A DNA stretch of 64,000 nucleotides from Bdellovibrionales bacterium (GTDB taxonomy: Bacteria; Bdellovibrionota; Bdellovibrionia; Bdellovibrionales; UBA1609): positions 1 to 64,000 of the forward strand of contig CBDCMT010000001.1 in the NCBI GenBank assembly GCA_965219095.1, in the 5' to 3' direction. Shown piece by piece: positions 11,829-23,284 of this stretch. The translations under genes were made by a program, and so were the position numbers. Every line of letters begins with the position of its first letter. Positions within the stretch are counted from its first letter, which is position 1. The notes under the pieces were generated by a model. The model was not told the origin of the DNA. It did no database searches and saw only the letters and a program-made list of their open reading frames with translations.

Positions 11829-13290
11829 TACCATTTCCAAAAATTAATTCGACATTCTTTTAACGCATTGCGTCCTGGCTTTTTGATAAAACTCTGTTAA
11901 ATTTTTAGAGTCATGTCGAAAAAAGATTTAGTTACACAGATTCAAGGGTATGATTTTCTGGCTACTTATACCAATTACAGAAATTAATTCGACATTTTTT
12001 TAACTCATTGCGTCCTGGCTTTTTGATAAAACTCTGTTAAATTTTTAGAGTCATGTCGAAAAAAGATTTAGTTACACAGATTCAAGGGTATGATTTTCTG
12101 GCTACTTACAAAGTAGAAAGAAGTGCCAACATCAAGACAAAATTATTGGCTTTGCAGCATATGCAAGAAGGAAAATCGATTCAAGAAACAGCAGGTATGG
12201 TTTTGTATCACCGTCACAGTATCAAATCCTGGTTACAGTCTTTTTTTGTAGACTTTGATTACGAGGGATTGATAGATCGAGAAGGCAGAGGACGCAAGCC
12301 TCGTTTGCCAGTGACAGAAGAAGAGAACTTCAAAATCAAGTTAGATGAAATTCAAGACAAAAGAGAGGGAGGAAGCATAGGAGCAAAGGAAATACAGAAA
12401 CTTTTAGCAGATGAATTTGACTGTTGCTATTCTCTTTCTGGGGTTTATGTTTCTTTAGACCGCCTTAATATTGTATGGATCAGTGGTCGTTCTCTTCATC
12501 CTAAAAGTTCATTAAGAAGCTATGGAACAGTTTAAGGAACATTTTCCAGAAGAGGTGGAGAAAATAAAAGAAAAGATTCAGACTCATAAAATAGAGATTT
12601 GGTGGCAGGATGAATGCAGAATAAGCTCAGCAAGGTTCTTTGAGCAGGATTTGGGCAAGAAAAGGCACACGGCCTAGAGTTGTGAGACAAAGACAATTTT
12701 TATCCACTTATATTTTTGGAGCAGTTTGTCCGGATAAAGATAAAGGCTGTGCTTGGGTTTTACCGGAATGTAATTCAGGGATGATGCAAATTCACTTAGA
12801 TGAGATATCTAAAAATATTCAAGAAAACTATCATGGAATTGTTTTAATGGACAGAGCCAGTTGGCATACCACAGAGACTTTGATAGTTCCTAAGAATTTA
12901 TCCCTGATGCCTTTACCTCCTTATAGTCCAGAATTAAATCCCATGGAACAAGTCTGGCAACAATTACGAAGGATCAAATTATCGAATGCATGTTTTAAAA
13001 ACTATGACCATATACTGAATACTTGTTGTGAGGCCTGGAATACTTTTTGCGATCAGGAGGGCAGGATTAAAAAATTATGCACTCGATCTTGGGCAAAACA
13101 ACAAGATGAATCAAGCTTGTAAATTAATTTGAACCTATAAATTAAATTGCGTAACTGATTTTTTTCATTTTACATCTTAACCTCACTTTTTTACACTTAT
13201 TTTAACCCATCAATCGATTCACACAACAATAGATATACATAAAATAAACATATCTTATGAAAACTCAACCTCCCTTCAAAAAAAACTTTT
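11829..13290 (+). mobile_element. IS630 type B: left-end stub (11829-11968) plus frameshifted copy from 11969, cut by IS1634
   Basis: HTH ORF 12053-12535; WWQDE, MDRASWH, LPPYSPELNPMEQVW in 12600-13122; several frameshifts. Confidence 0.88.
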
Positions 13291-15228
13291 CCTGACTTCG
13301 ACACAACACACTGCAACAAGTGAATAATTTCAAATAGTTACAATTTTTGGGGCCACAGGAAAGGGTTTTTTAAAGGTCAGCAGATTCAGCAGATGTTGTG
13401 GAAAAGAGGCTCATAAAAGAGTTTCTTTTAAGCGAAAAAGCACTATAAATTTCTTCTACTTCCTTTGTACAACCTGAGGGAAGGCGATAAAGTTTTTTCG
13501 TCTTTTTTTCTTTTAAAATACTGTACTGATCTCTTTTTAAGATCTTTCTCATTCTTTCAAAGCTTAAATTAAGTCCTGCTTGTTTGAGTTTATAAACCAT
13601 TGTGTAAGAGATCGCATAGGCTAAAAAACAAATGGCAATGTGAGTTTCTATTCTTCTTTTTTTCCAATGATAAACAGGCCTCATCTTTAACGTCGTCTTA
13701 TTCACTCTAAAAGCCTCTTCTATTCTCCAAAGATCTCTGTAACGACTTAAAAGCTCACTGGCTGTCTTGTTTTGAACATTTGTTATAATTCCGTGAAGAC
13801 CGTCCCACAAAGCTTCTTTTTCTATTTTCTCCTCATCTATGCTCACTTTCACATTGTCAACTTTAATAAAACGTTTGGTCCCATGATTGGAGATCAACTG
13901 ACTCACAGGAATCTCCTTGTTTCTTACTTTCTTCATCAAACGATTGATCAAACGCTCTCTTTGATTTTGATCTCTTTTGGCTCTTTTGTTTGAATAACTG
14001 ACTATCAATCTTTTTCCTTCATGCTCTAGCTCTTTCACCCAAAAAAGATGAGATGTATCACAAGCCACTTGGGTGGGCTTATAGTTTTTATAACTTAAAA
14101 CCTCTTCTTTTTTCTTGCTAGAAAGGGATTTTAACTTTGAAGCCACAACATACTCTATCCCCATCTTATCCATAGTCTCTAAATTCTTTCTTACAAACAT
14201 AGCTCTATCAGCTACTAAAACAGCTCTTCTTACATTAAAACGAGTCTTTAGCTTATTTATAGACTCTACCAGTGTAGCCCCCCTCACTTGTATTGCCCGG
14301 AAAAAGTTCATAGCTTATAGGATGCCCTTGTGAGTTTGTCATAAGTGCCAAAACAACCTGTGTCTCTTTAAATTTACAATCTTTACTAAAACCAAACCTG
14401 CGAACCTCATCCTCTGTGAAGCTCTCAAAATACAAGGTCGTCACATCATAAAGCAAAACATCCACCTCATGGTTAAACAAAGACAAGGTGTTCTCAGATA
14501 CCTTTTTCTTCGATGTCTCAATGAAAGGATAAAAACGATCCATCACCCTATAAACTTTCTCTAAAGGAATCTGTCGGTTAAAATCTTCAAAAAGTGTTTC
14601 TACACTACCTCTTTTTGATTCTGGATTAAAAACTCTTGATAAAACACAGTGCTTTAAAATATCATTCCACTCTAAATCTTTCTTTGTACCCTCAATCAAA
14701 TTTCCAAAACCTAACTCAGCATAAAGCTCATTAAAAACTTTCTCAATACCACAAACAACACGCTTTTTCTCCTCTAAAATACTGCCTGAAAACTGGAAAT
14801 CTTTCTCACTCTTTTTTTTCTTCTCTTTCTTCTTCTCCTTAGGCCTTCTACCATAAACTAGCTTCTCACAACCTGGAAGCACAGGATTTCTTTGATTCTT
14901 AATGTCTATGATCAACTCTTCTGCTAACTTCTTAGCTTTTTTAACTTCCTTATCGTTTGCAAAAATACCCATAGAACGAATGGTCTTTTGTACGCACTTC
15001 CCCTTAAGCCAAACAGACTCTACAATCCGTACACTTTTTTTACCCTTAGACTTTGATGTTACTTTTATAAACATTCTTTAAAAAGGCTAAACAACTTTTG
15101 CAAACTTGTAAAATGGGTCAGGGCCACAGAACCAACCTAAAATCTGTGTATAACTCCTTTAACTAAAAGCTAGAGGTAAAAGAACGAAAATATTTTTTTT
15201 TAACTCACTGTGTTGTGTCGAAGTCAGG
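13291..15228 (-). mobile_element. IS1634-family IS (type A), frameshifted
   Basis: IR cctgacttcgacacaacac at both ends; ORFs 14253-15074 and 13370-14311 together equal the intact 567-aa transposase at 20691. Confidence 0.93.
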
Positions 15229-15234
15229 AGAAAG

Positions 15235-15415
15235 GTAAGTCGGTTTCTTAACAGCCCTTGACTTCTACTGAGGAGGATATTTCTTAGATGAGTCGTAACT
15301 CGGTTTTTAAACCGCTCCTAACTTATACTGACTACACTTCTTTCAAAAAAACCCCGTTAAAATCTAAGAAACATCCTCTCCACAGAAGTCAAGGGCTGTT
15401 AAGAAACCGACTTAC
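15235..15415. mobile_element. 181-bp MITE with about 55-bp terminal inverted repeats and 8-bp TSD
   Basis: gtaagtcggtttcttaacagcccttgacttct ... agaagtcaagggctgttaagaaaccgacttac; ggagaaag on both sides (15227-15234 / 15416-15423). Confidence 0.85.
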
Positions 15416-15522
15416 GGAGAAAGTAACAGGGATAAAGATCATACAGCATAAAAATCCTAGGCTTTTGTCAATTTTTCACGTTCGACTATTACAACTAATT
15501 ACAAAAAAATAATTTGTAATAA

Positions 15523-15697
15523 TACCAATTACAGAAATTAATTCGACATTCTTTTTGATAGAAACTTTTGCAAGCTTGTAAAATGGGACCAGGGCCACAG
15601 AATCTACCTAAAATCTGTGTATAACTCCTTCAACTAAAAGTTAGAGGCAAAAAAACGAAAATATTTTTTTAATTCACTGTGTTGTGTTGAAGTCAGG
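15523..15697. mobile_element. IS630-B end stub fused to IS1634-A left-end stub
   Basis: taccaattacagaaattaattcgaca followed by ...gtgttgtgttgaagtcagg. Confidence 0.75.
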
Positions 15698-15931
15698 AAA
15701 AAGACATCAATCATAAGGAAAGAGGAAGATAGCAACGCAAGAAGTCTAATAGAAATCTAAAAAAATCTTGTTCTTTTTTTGAAAATTTAGTAAAAAACCC
15801 TAGCCTTTTACCGAAAAGTTCCTACGGACAAAAAGGCCTTAAGAGAAAAGGAGGGCAAATTATTAAAAAAGTGAACTTACAAAAGAAACTAATGACAAAA
15901 TACAAAGATAAATATAAAGGAGGTTTTTAAA

Positions 15932-16462
15932 ATGAAACAAAAATTATTATGTATATTATTTATGAGTTTATCCTGTTTTGCATCAGCTGATCATTGCCCG
16001 GATGGTCTTGACCATGATCTTACACCAAATAATAAGGCATTTGAAGGAATCAATTTGGAATCAAAGGTGCAAGAAGATCCTGTAGGAGGTTGGAATGTAA
16101 GACTTGTTGTCACCATTAATGTTGGTTCTGGTAAAGGAATCGACTTAAACCATGATGAGTTTTTTTCTCCTCAGACCATTAACTGTTATACTACTGTCAA
16201 AGAAGCAAGAACAGATGGCATGTTCACCGGACATGCCCATCTTTATATTGACGACAAAAAAATAACACGAATTTATGCTCCCTGGTTTTATATTCCTACT
16301 AAATGGTTAAAAAAGGGTACAAACCAAGTCCGAGTTACTTTAAACACCAATGACCATGGACAGTACCATGAGAAACTTAGTAACACTACAAGCAGGAAAA
16401 TAGAAACTGTTTTTTATGTTACATATGATGGAACCGATGGAGAACATCCCCATCATCACTAG
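15932..16462 (+). CDS. Secreted His-rich hypothetical protein, possibly metal-binding
   Basis: aaggagg RBS, signal peptide, GHAHLYID and TLNTNDH motifs, C-terminal HPHHH; downstream hairpin. Confidence 0.7.
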   Translation: MKQKLLCILFMSLSCFASADHCPDGLDHDLTPNNKAFEGINLESKVQEDPVGGWNVRLVVTINVGSGKGIDLNHDEFFSPQTINCYTTVKEARTDGMFTGHAHLYIDDKKITRIYAPWFYIPTKWLKKGTNQVRVTLNTNDHGQYHEKLSNTTSRKIETVFYVTYDGTDGEHPHHH

Positions 16463-16496
16463 TATTTGTTGGTTGTGAATTAAAATTTTACAAGGT

Positions 16497-16527
16497 AAAA
16501 GGCCCCTTGAAAGAGAGGGCCTTTTTT
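16497..16527 (+). terminator. Intrinsic terminator
   Basis: aaaaggcccc-ttgaaagag-agggcc followed by a T run. Confidence 0.6.
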
Positions 16528-16766
16528 ATAATATGGTCTCGCTATACTTTGATTTAATTTTTGCAGGTTAAAAAAACTTTATAAGATTTTTGCTTTATCC
16601 AGCTATGGAGATGCGTCCTATCCTAGAGACACACCAGTCCAATCAAGTCCAGCTCCTAATGACCGTTTTTGATTCGACTATTCGAGACCTTAATCTACCT
16701 TTTTTGAAGATAGATCATTTCATGGTTTTATTCCTTGTTTATCAGGTTCTATCCGACTAACGAGCT

Positions 16767-18393
16767 CCTGACTTCGACACAACACAGTGAGTTAAAAAAA
16801 AATATTTCCGTTCTTTTGCCTCTAGTTTTTAGTTGAAGGAGTTATACACAGGTTTTAGGTTGTTTCTGTGGCCCCGGCCCATTTTACAAGTTTGCAAAAG
16901 TTGTTTAGCCTTTTTAAAGAATGTTTGTAAAAGTAACATCAAAGTCTAAGGGTAAAAAAAGTGTACGGATTGTAGAGTCTGTTTGGCTTAAGGGGAAGTG
17001 TGTACAAAAGACCATTCGTTCTATGGGTATTTTTGCAAACGATAAGGAAGTTAAAAAAGCTAAGAAGTTAGCAGAAGAGTTGATCATAGACATTAAGAAT
17101 CAAAGAAATCCTGTGCTTCCAGGTTGTGAGAAGCTAGTTTATGGTAGAAGGCCTAAGGAGAAGAAGAAAGAGAAGAAAAAAAAGAGTGAGAAAGATTTCC
17201 AGTTTTCAGGCAGTATTTTAGAGGAGAAAAAGCGTGTTGTTTGTGGTATTGAGAAAGTTTTTAATGAGCTTTATGCTGAGTTAGGTTTTGTAAATTTGAT
17301 TGAGGGTACAAAGAAAGATTTAGAGTGGAATGATATTTTAAAGCACTGTGTTTTATCAAGAGTTTTTAATCCAGAATCAAAAAGAGGTAGTGTAGAAACA
17401 CTTTTTGAAGATTTTAACCGACAGATTCCTTTAGAGAAAGTTTATAGGGCTATGGATCGTTTTTATCCTTTTATTGAGACCTCGAAGAAAAAGGTATCTG
17501 AGAACACCTTGTCTTTGTTAACCATGAGGTGGATGTTTTGCTTTATGATGTGAGGAGCTTGTATTTTGAGAGCTTTTCAGAGGATGAGATTCGCAGGTTT
17601 GGTTTTAGTAAAGATTGTAAATTTAAAGAGACACAGGTTGTTTTGGCACTTATGACAAACTCACAAGGCCATCCTATAAGCTATGAACTTTTTCCGGGCA
17701 ATACAAGTGAGGGGGCTACACTGGTAGAGTCTATAAATAAGCTAAAGACTCGTTTTAATGTAAGAAGAGCTGTTTTAGTAGCTGATAGAGCTATGTTTGT
17801 AAGAAAGAATTTAGAGACTATGGATAAGATGGGGATAGAGTATGTTGTGGCTGCAAAGTTAAAATCCCTTTCTAGCAAAAAAAAAGAAGAGGTTTTAAGT
17901 TATAAAAACTATAAGCCCACCCAAGTGGCTTGTGATACATCTCATCTTTTTTGGGTGAAAGAGCTAGAGCATGAAGGAAAAAGATTGATAGTCAGTTATT
18001 CGAACAAAAGAGCCAAAAGAGATCAAAATCAAAGAGAGCGTTTGATCAATCGTTTGATGAAGAAAGTAAGAAACAAGGAGATTCCTGTGAGTCAGTTGAT
18101 CTCCAATCATGGGACCAAACGTTTTATTAAAGTTGACAATGTGAAAGTGAGCATAGATGAGGAGAAAATAGAAAAAGAAGCTTTGTGGGACAGTCTTCAC
18201 GGAATTATAACAAATGTTCAAAACAAGACAGCCAGTGAGCTTTTAAGTCGTTACAGAAGTCTTTGGAGAATAGAAGAGGCTTTTAGAGTGAATAAGACGA
18301 CGTTAAAGATGAGGCCTGTTTATCATTGGAAAAAAAGAAGAATAGAAACTCACATTGCCATTTGTTTTTTAGCCTATGCGATCTCTTACACAA
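16767..18393 (+). mobile_element. IS1634 type A, frameshifted and 3'-truncated
   Basis: Left IR at 16767; ORFs 16921-17553 and 17529 onward; homology stops after YAISYT. Confidence 0.92.
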
Positions 18394-18473
18394 ATAGAAT
18401 CACCTACAGGAAAAGCCCCTGTAGTCTCCAAGTCCAAACAGACAAATGACATTTGAGCCCAAGGTTGATTCAT
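18390..18473 (-). pseudogene. N-terminal stub of a DEDDh 3'-5' exonuclease (DnaQ-like)
   Basis: Minus strand reads MNQPWAQMSFVCLDLETTGAFPVGDSIC and then runs into IS1634; DLETTG is the Exo I motif. Confidence 0.65.
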
Positions 18474-18605
18474 AAAAAAAGAGTCCATACATGATCCATA
18501 TTTTTAGACATAGTTTTTTCAATTTGTTACAACGCCAAAGTTCTTTCCTTCAAAACTTCCCTCTAAAAAAATTGTTTCAATTTTATAATTGTACATATTT
18601 TTTGA

Positions 18606-19715
18606 TTAAAGTTTATTAAAGTATTCGTCATAAAAAGCCAGTAAAATTATTGAATTGTACAATTCTCTATCTGAAATCCAAAACGACCCTTCTTCTTTAA
18701 TACATTCAATTCTCTTTTTATATATTGAACAGTCTTTCCCCTGTGAATCTCTTATTTTAAACTCGCAATGGTTTTTCTTCTGATTCCATCTACGAGCCAC
18801 TATAGTATTTGCATGAAGGCTTGTGGCGTTTTTATTTTTATAAAAAACTTGAGGAGCATATATGTAGTCAACAGGATATCCCCTCTCTAAACTTTCTTCT
18901 ATCTTTTTTATTGCAGACGGCGAAGATAAATCATTTGCGCTAAGGCCTAAGGCCGTATCAATAAGATGATTAATACTATTCTGTTGCTCAGGATTAAAAT
19001 AAGAGTAGTTTAAATTTACATAAATATCGTATGTCAAATCACTATTAACCTCCAAAGGATTCTGACAAAGCTCATCTAGTAAATAAGGGAAGAACTGATC
19101 TATACTTTTTGTTATAATACGACTAACTAACTTATCATACAGCTTGCTTGTTCCGAAAAAGTTCTGTAAGGCTAAGTTGATCTGTTTATGTGCATAATGA
19201 TAATCAAGACGATGGTTTCCATCTGCAAAAGATGTTTTTGCTCTTTTTATGGTTTCAAAGAGTTTTTTATAATTTTCATTATCATTTGTAAAATAAAAAG
19301 AGCTATAATAATCATAAGGAAGCTCTAATTCTTTACATATTTTCTTTCTCTTCAATACAACACTTATAGCTAAAAAAGGTATTCCGCTAGTTTGAAAAAC
19401 ATCTGACCTGTTTTTTTGAATCCTCTGATGACTTACAGCAGCATTGAATATAGTAGCCACATGAAAAACAGATACAGGCTCTCCTAAATAAACAGATAAA
19501 ATATCCACAGCAGAAAAAGCATAACACCAGCCATGAAGTTGCTTTTGAGGAGTTGAGAAGAACTTTCTTAATTTGGGATTCATTTTATCTCTGATATCTA
19601 AAGGGCTACAGTCTTTCTTTTCTATACAGTTTCCTTCCCCTTCAGGACAAAAACTCAAAGCTTCAAAAGTTATCGTACTTATCATTATTAAAAGAAAAAA
19701 ATTGAGCTTTTTCAC
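18606..19715 (-). CDS. Secreted papain-like (C1) cysteine peptidase
   Basis: Signal peptide; Q..HGWCYAFS catalytic Cys, HANTIV His, IRDSQG (Asp where papain has Asn of NSWG). Confidence 0.8.
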   Translation of the reverse strand: MKKLNFFLLIMISTITFEALSFCPEGEGNCIEKKDCSPLDIRDKMNPKLRKFFSTPQKQLHGWCYAFSAVDILSVYLGEPVSVFHVATIFNAAVSHQRIQKNRSDVFQTSGIPFLAISVVLKRKKICKELELPYDYYSSFYFTNDNENYKKLFETIKRAKTSFADGNHRLDYHYAHKQINLALQNFFGTSKLYDKLVSRIITKSIDQFFPYLLDELCQNPLEVNSDLTYDIYVNLNYSYFNPEQQNSINHLIDTALGLSANDLSSPSAIKKIEESLERGYPVDYIYAPQVFYKNKNATSLHANTIVARRWNQKKNHCEFKIRDSQGKDCSIYKKRIECIKEEGSFWISDRELYNSIILLAFYDEYFNKL

Positions 19716-20014
19716 TGTAAACCTCCTCTTTTTTAGGCTGTAAATTTTAGGTTTTTAAGGTTACCACTATAGGGGATGGCGGGCTGAACCTAAAATATGA
19801 GCCTTTAATTTATTGTACCATATTATTTCGCATTGCGCAATCAAGTTTTTGCGGCCTGTAAAACAAATTGTCAGAACAATTTGCCTCGATTTGCCTCACT
19901 AAGAGGGTTTGACGGATTTTTTAAATTTGTTTTAACCTTGTTGTATCACTTTTTAAAACCTCGTTTATTGAGAGATGAGGTATGAAAAAAATTTAAATCT
20001 AAAATTAAAGCGAC

Positions 20015-20536
20015 TCACCTGTAAAAATTTAGAAGATATACTGAATTGTACAATTCTCTATCTGAAACCCAAAAGGATCCCTCTCTTTTAACACATTCAA
20101 TGTTCTTTTTATAAAATGAACAGTCGTCCCCCCATGAATTTCTTATTTTAAACTCGCAACGGCTTTTCTTCTGATTCCATCTACGAGATACTATAGTACT
20201 TGCATGCATCTTCCCTTCTCCATACTTTTTCAAAAACTGAGTATGATAAACATAGCTAACAGGCCATCCTTAGCTCTAAACTTTCTTCTATCTTTCTATT
20301 GAAGACGGCGACAAGTCATTTAATTTCTCAGCAAAGCCTCTCGATGATTGACGGTCACTTTTATCTAGTGCTTTGACCTCCAATAATCCCTTAACCTCCA
20401 AAGAATTTTCCTCACAAACCTCATCTAGTAAATAAGGCAAGATCTGATTTGGCTTTTTTGTCATACTAATATGATTAGCTAGCTCACCATAAAATTTGCT
20501 TGTTCCAAAAAAATTCTGTAAGGCTAAGTTGATTAT
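20015..20536 (-). pseudogene. Paralogous C1 cysteine peptidase, frameshifted and truncated by IS1634
   Basis: HASTIVSRRWNQKK..IRNSWG..GSFWVSDRELYNS closely matches the 18606-19715 C-terminus; DNA similarity continues to the IS at 20537. Confidence 0.8.
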
Positions 20537-22473
20537 CCTGACTTCGACACAACACAGTGAGTTAAAAAAAAATATTTCCGTTCTTTTACCTCTAGTTTTT
20601 AGTTGAAGGAGTTATACACAGATTTTAGGTTGGTTCTGTGGCCCTGACCCATTTTACAAGTTTGCAAAAGTTGTTTAGCCTTTTTAAAGAATGTTTGTAA
20701 AAGTAACATCAAAGTCTAAGGGTAAAAAAAGTGTACGGATTGTAGAGTCTGTTTGGCTTAAGGGGAAGTGCGTACAAAAGACCATTCGTTCTATGGGTAT
20801 TTTTGCAAACGATAAGGAAGTTAAAAAAGCTAAGAAGTTAGCAGAAGAGTTGATCATAGACATTAAGAATCAAAGAAATCCTGTGCTTCCAGGTTGTGAG
20901 AAGCTAGTTTATGGTAGAAGGCCTAAGGAGAAGAAGAAAGAGAAGAAAAAAAAGAGTGAGAAAGATTTCCAGTTTTCAGGCAGTATTTTAGAGGAGAAAA
21001 AGCGTGTTGTTTGTGGTATTGAGAAAGTTTTTAATGAGCTTTATGCTGAGTTAGGTTTTGGAAATTTGATTGAGGGTACAAAGAAAGATTTAGAGTGGAA
21101 TGATATTTTAAAGCACTGTGTTTTATCAAGAGTTTTTAATCCAGAATCAAAAAGAGGTAGTGTAGAAACACTTTTTGAAGATTTTAACCGACAGATTCCT
21201 TTAGAGAAAGTTTATAGGGTGATGGATCGTTTTTATCCTTTCATTGAGACATCGAAGAAAAAGGTATCTGAGAACACCTTGTCTTTGTTTAACCATGAGG
21301 TGGATGTTTTGCTTTATGATGTGACGACCTTGTATTTTGAGAGCTTCACAGAGGATGAGGTTCGCAGGTTTGGTTTTAGTAAAGATTGTAAATTTAAAGA
21401 GACACAGGTTGTTTTGGCACTTATGACAAACTCACAAGGGCATCCTATAAGCTATGAACTTTTTCCGGGCAATACAAGTGAGGGGGCTACACTGGTAGAG
21501 TCTATAAATAAGCTAAAGACTCGTTTTAATGTAAGAAGAGCTGTTTTAGTAGCTGATAGAGCTATGTTTGTAAGAAAGAATTTAGAGACTATGGATAAGA
21601 TGGGGATAGAGTATGTTGTGGCTTCAAAGTTAAAATCCCTTTCTAGCAAGAAAAAAGAAGAGGTTTTAAGTTATAAAAACTATAAGCCCACCCAAGTGGC
21701 TTGTGATACATCTCATCTTTTTTGGGTGAAAGAGCTAGAGCATGAAGGAAAAAGATTGATAGTCAGTTATTCAAACAAAAGAGCCAAAAGAGATCAAAAT
21801 CAAAGAGAGCGTTTGATCAATCGTTTGATGAAGAAAGTAAGAAACAAGGAGATTCCTGTGAGTCAGTTGATCTCCAATCATGGGACCAAACGTTTTATTA
21901 AAGTTGACAATGTGAAAGTGAGCATAGATGAGGAGAAAATAGAAAAAGAAGCTTTGTGGGACGGTCTTCACGGAATTATAACAAATGTTCAAAACAAGAC
22001 AGCCAGTGAGCTTTTAAGTCGTTACAGAGATCTTTGGAGAATAGAAGAGGCTTTTAGAGTGAATAAGACGACGTTAAAGATGAGGCCTGTTTATCATTGG
22101 AAAAAAAGAAGAATAGAAACTCACATTGCCATTTGTTTTTTAGCCTATGCGATCTCTTACACAATGGTTTATAAACTCAAACAAGCAGGACTTAATTTAA
22201 GCTTTGAAAGAATGAGAAAGATCTTAAAAAGAGATCAGTACAGTATTTTAAAAGAAAAAAAGACGAAAAAACTTTATCGCCTTCCCTCAGGTTGTACAAA
22301 GGAAGTAGAAGAAATTTATAGTGCTTTTTCGCTTAAAAGAAACTCTTTTATGAGCCTCTTTTCCACAACATCTGCTGAATCTGCTGACCTTTAAAAAACC
22401 CTTTCCTGTGGCCCCAAAAATTGTAACTATTTGAAATTATTCACTTGTTGCAGTGTGTTGTGTCGAAGTCAGG
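20537..22473 (+). mobile_element. IS1634 type A, intact (transposase 20691-22394, 567 aa)
   Basis: Both IRs present; YDVTTLYFE, GFSKD, VADRAM, LWRIEEAFR..K, RPVYHW. Confidence 0.95.
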
Positions 22474-22754
22474 ACAAGATGAATCAAGCTTGTAAATTAA
22501 TTTGAACCTATAAATTAAATTGCGTAACTGATTTTTTTCATTTTACATCTTAACCTCACTTTTTTACACTTATTTTAACCCATCAATCGATTCACACAAC
22601 AATAGATATACATAAAATAAACATATCTTATGAAAACTCAACCTCCCTTCAAAAAAAACTTTTTTAAAGCCTCCTAATTGAAACTTTTCCTTAAGTCAAT
22701 TTTAAAATTTTAAATTTGAACATAAAAATGTCGAATTAATTTCTGTAATTGGTA
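22474..22754 (+). mobile_element. IS630 type B right-end fragment
   Basis: Repeats 13100-13290 and continues to the IR gaattaatttctgtaattggta. Confidence 0.8.
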
Positions 22755-22992
22755 TAAGGACTATATTTTAATGGTTGTGGGAAACTCCCTCGATAAGATA
22801 CCTATTAAAACGCCTTTTGAGTATACAAGTGAGCTTCGTTCTTAAAGAATAAAGCACAAAAAAAATCAAAATTACGAAAAAAAACTAAGAATTATTCTTT
22901 TAAGAACTTCTCTAATACTTTTGTAACGGGGAAGGCCTTAGGAAAACATCTTACAACGCCGTTTTACAAAAGATCAATAAAAACTTCTCCTT

Positions 22993-23051
22993 TAAAATCT
23001 AAGAAATATCCTCCTCAGTAGAAGTCAAGGGCGGTCATATAACCGACTTAC
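22993..23051. mobile_element. Solo end of the 15235-type MITE/IS
   Basis: atctaagaaatatcctcctcagtagaagtcaagggc...accgacttac. Confidence 0.7.
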
Positions 23052-23284
23052 TCTAGAACTTCCTGTTATTACTTTAGTTTTGTTAGAATATAAATATTAA
23101 TTTATTTAAAATATAAATTTTTTTTATACTTTAGTTGATAAGCTTAATTTATCCCCATAGACACATGGAGCATTGTATAATGCTAAATGAATATTGCTAT
23201 TTGAGTACCTCTAAAGTAAACATGCTTTAACAACCTGATTTTTTCCAAAAAAATTTTTGGATTAGTGAACGAGGAGAAATAATT

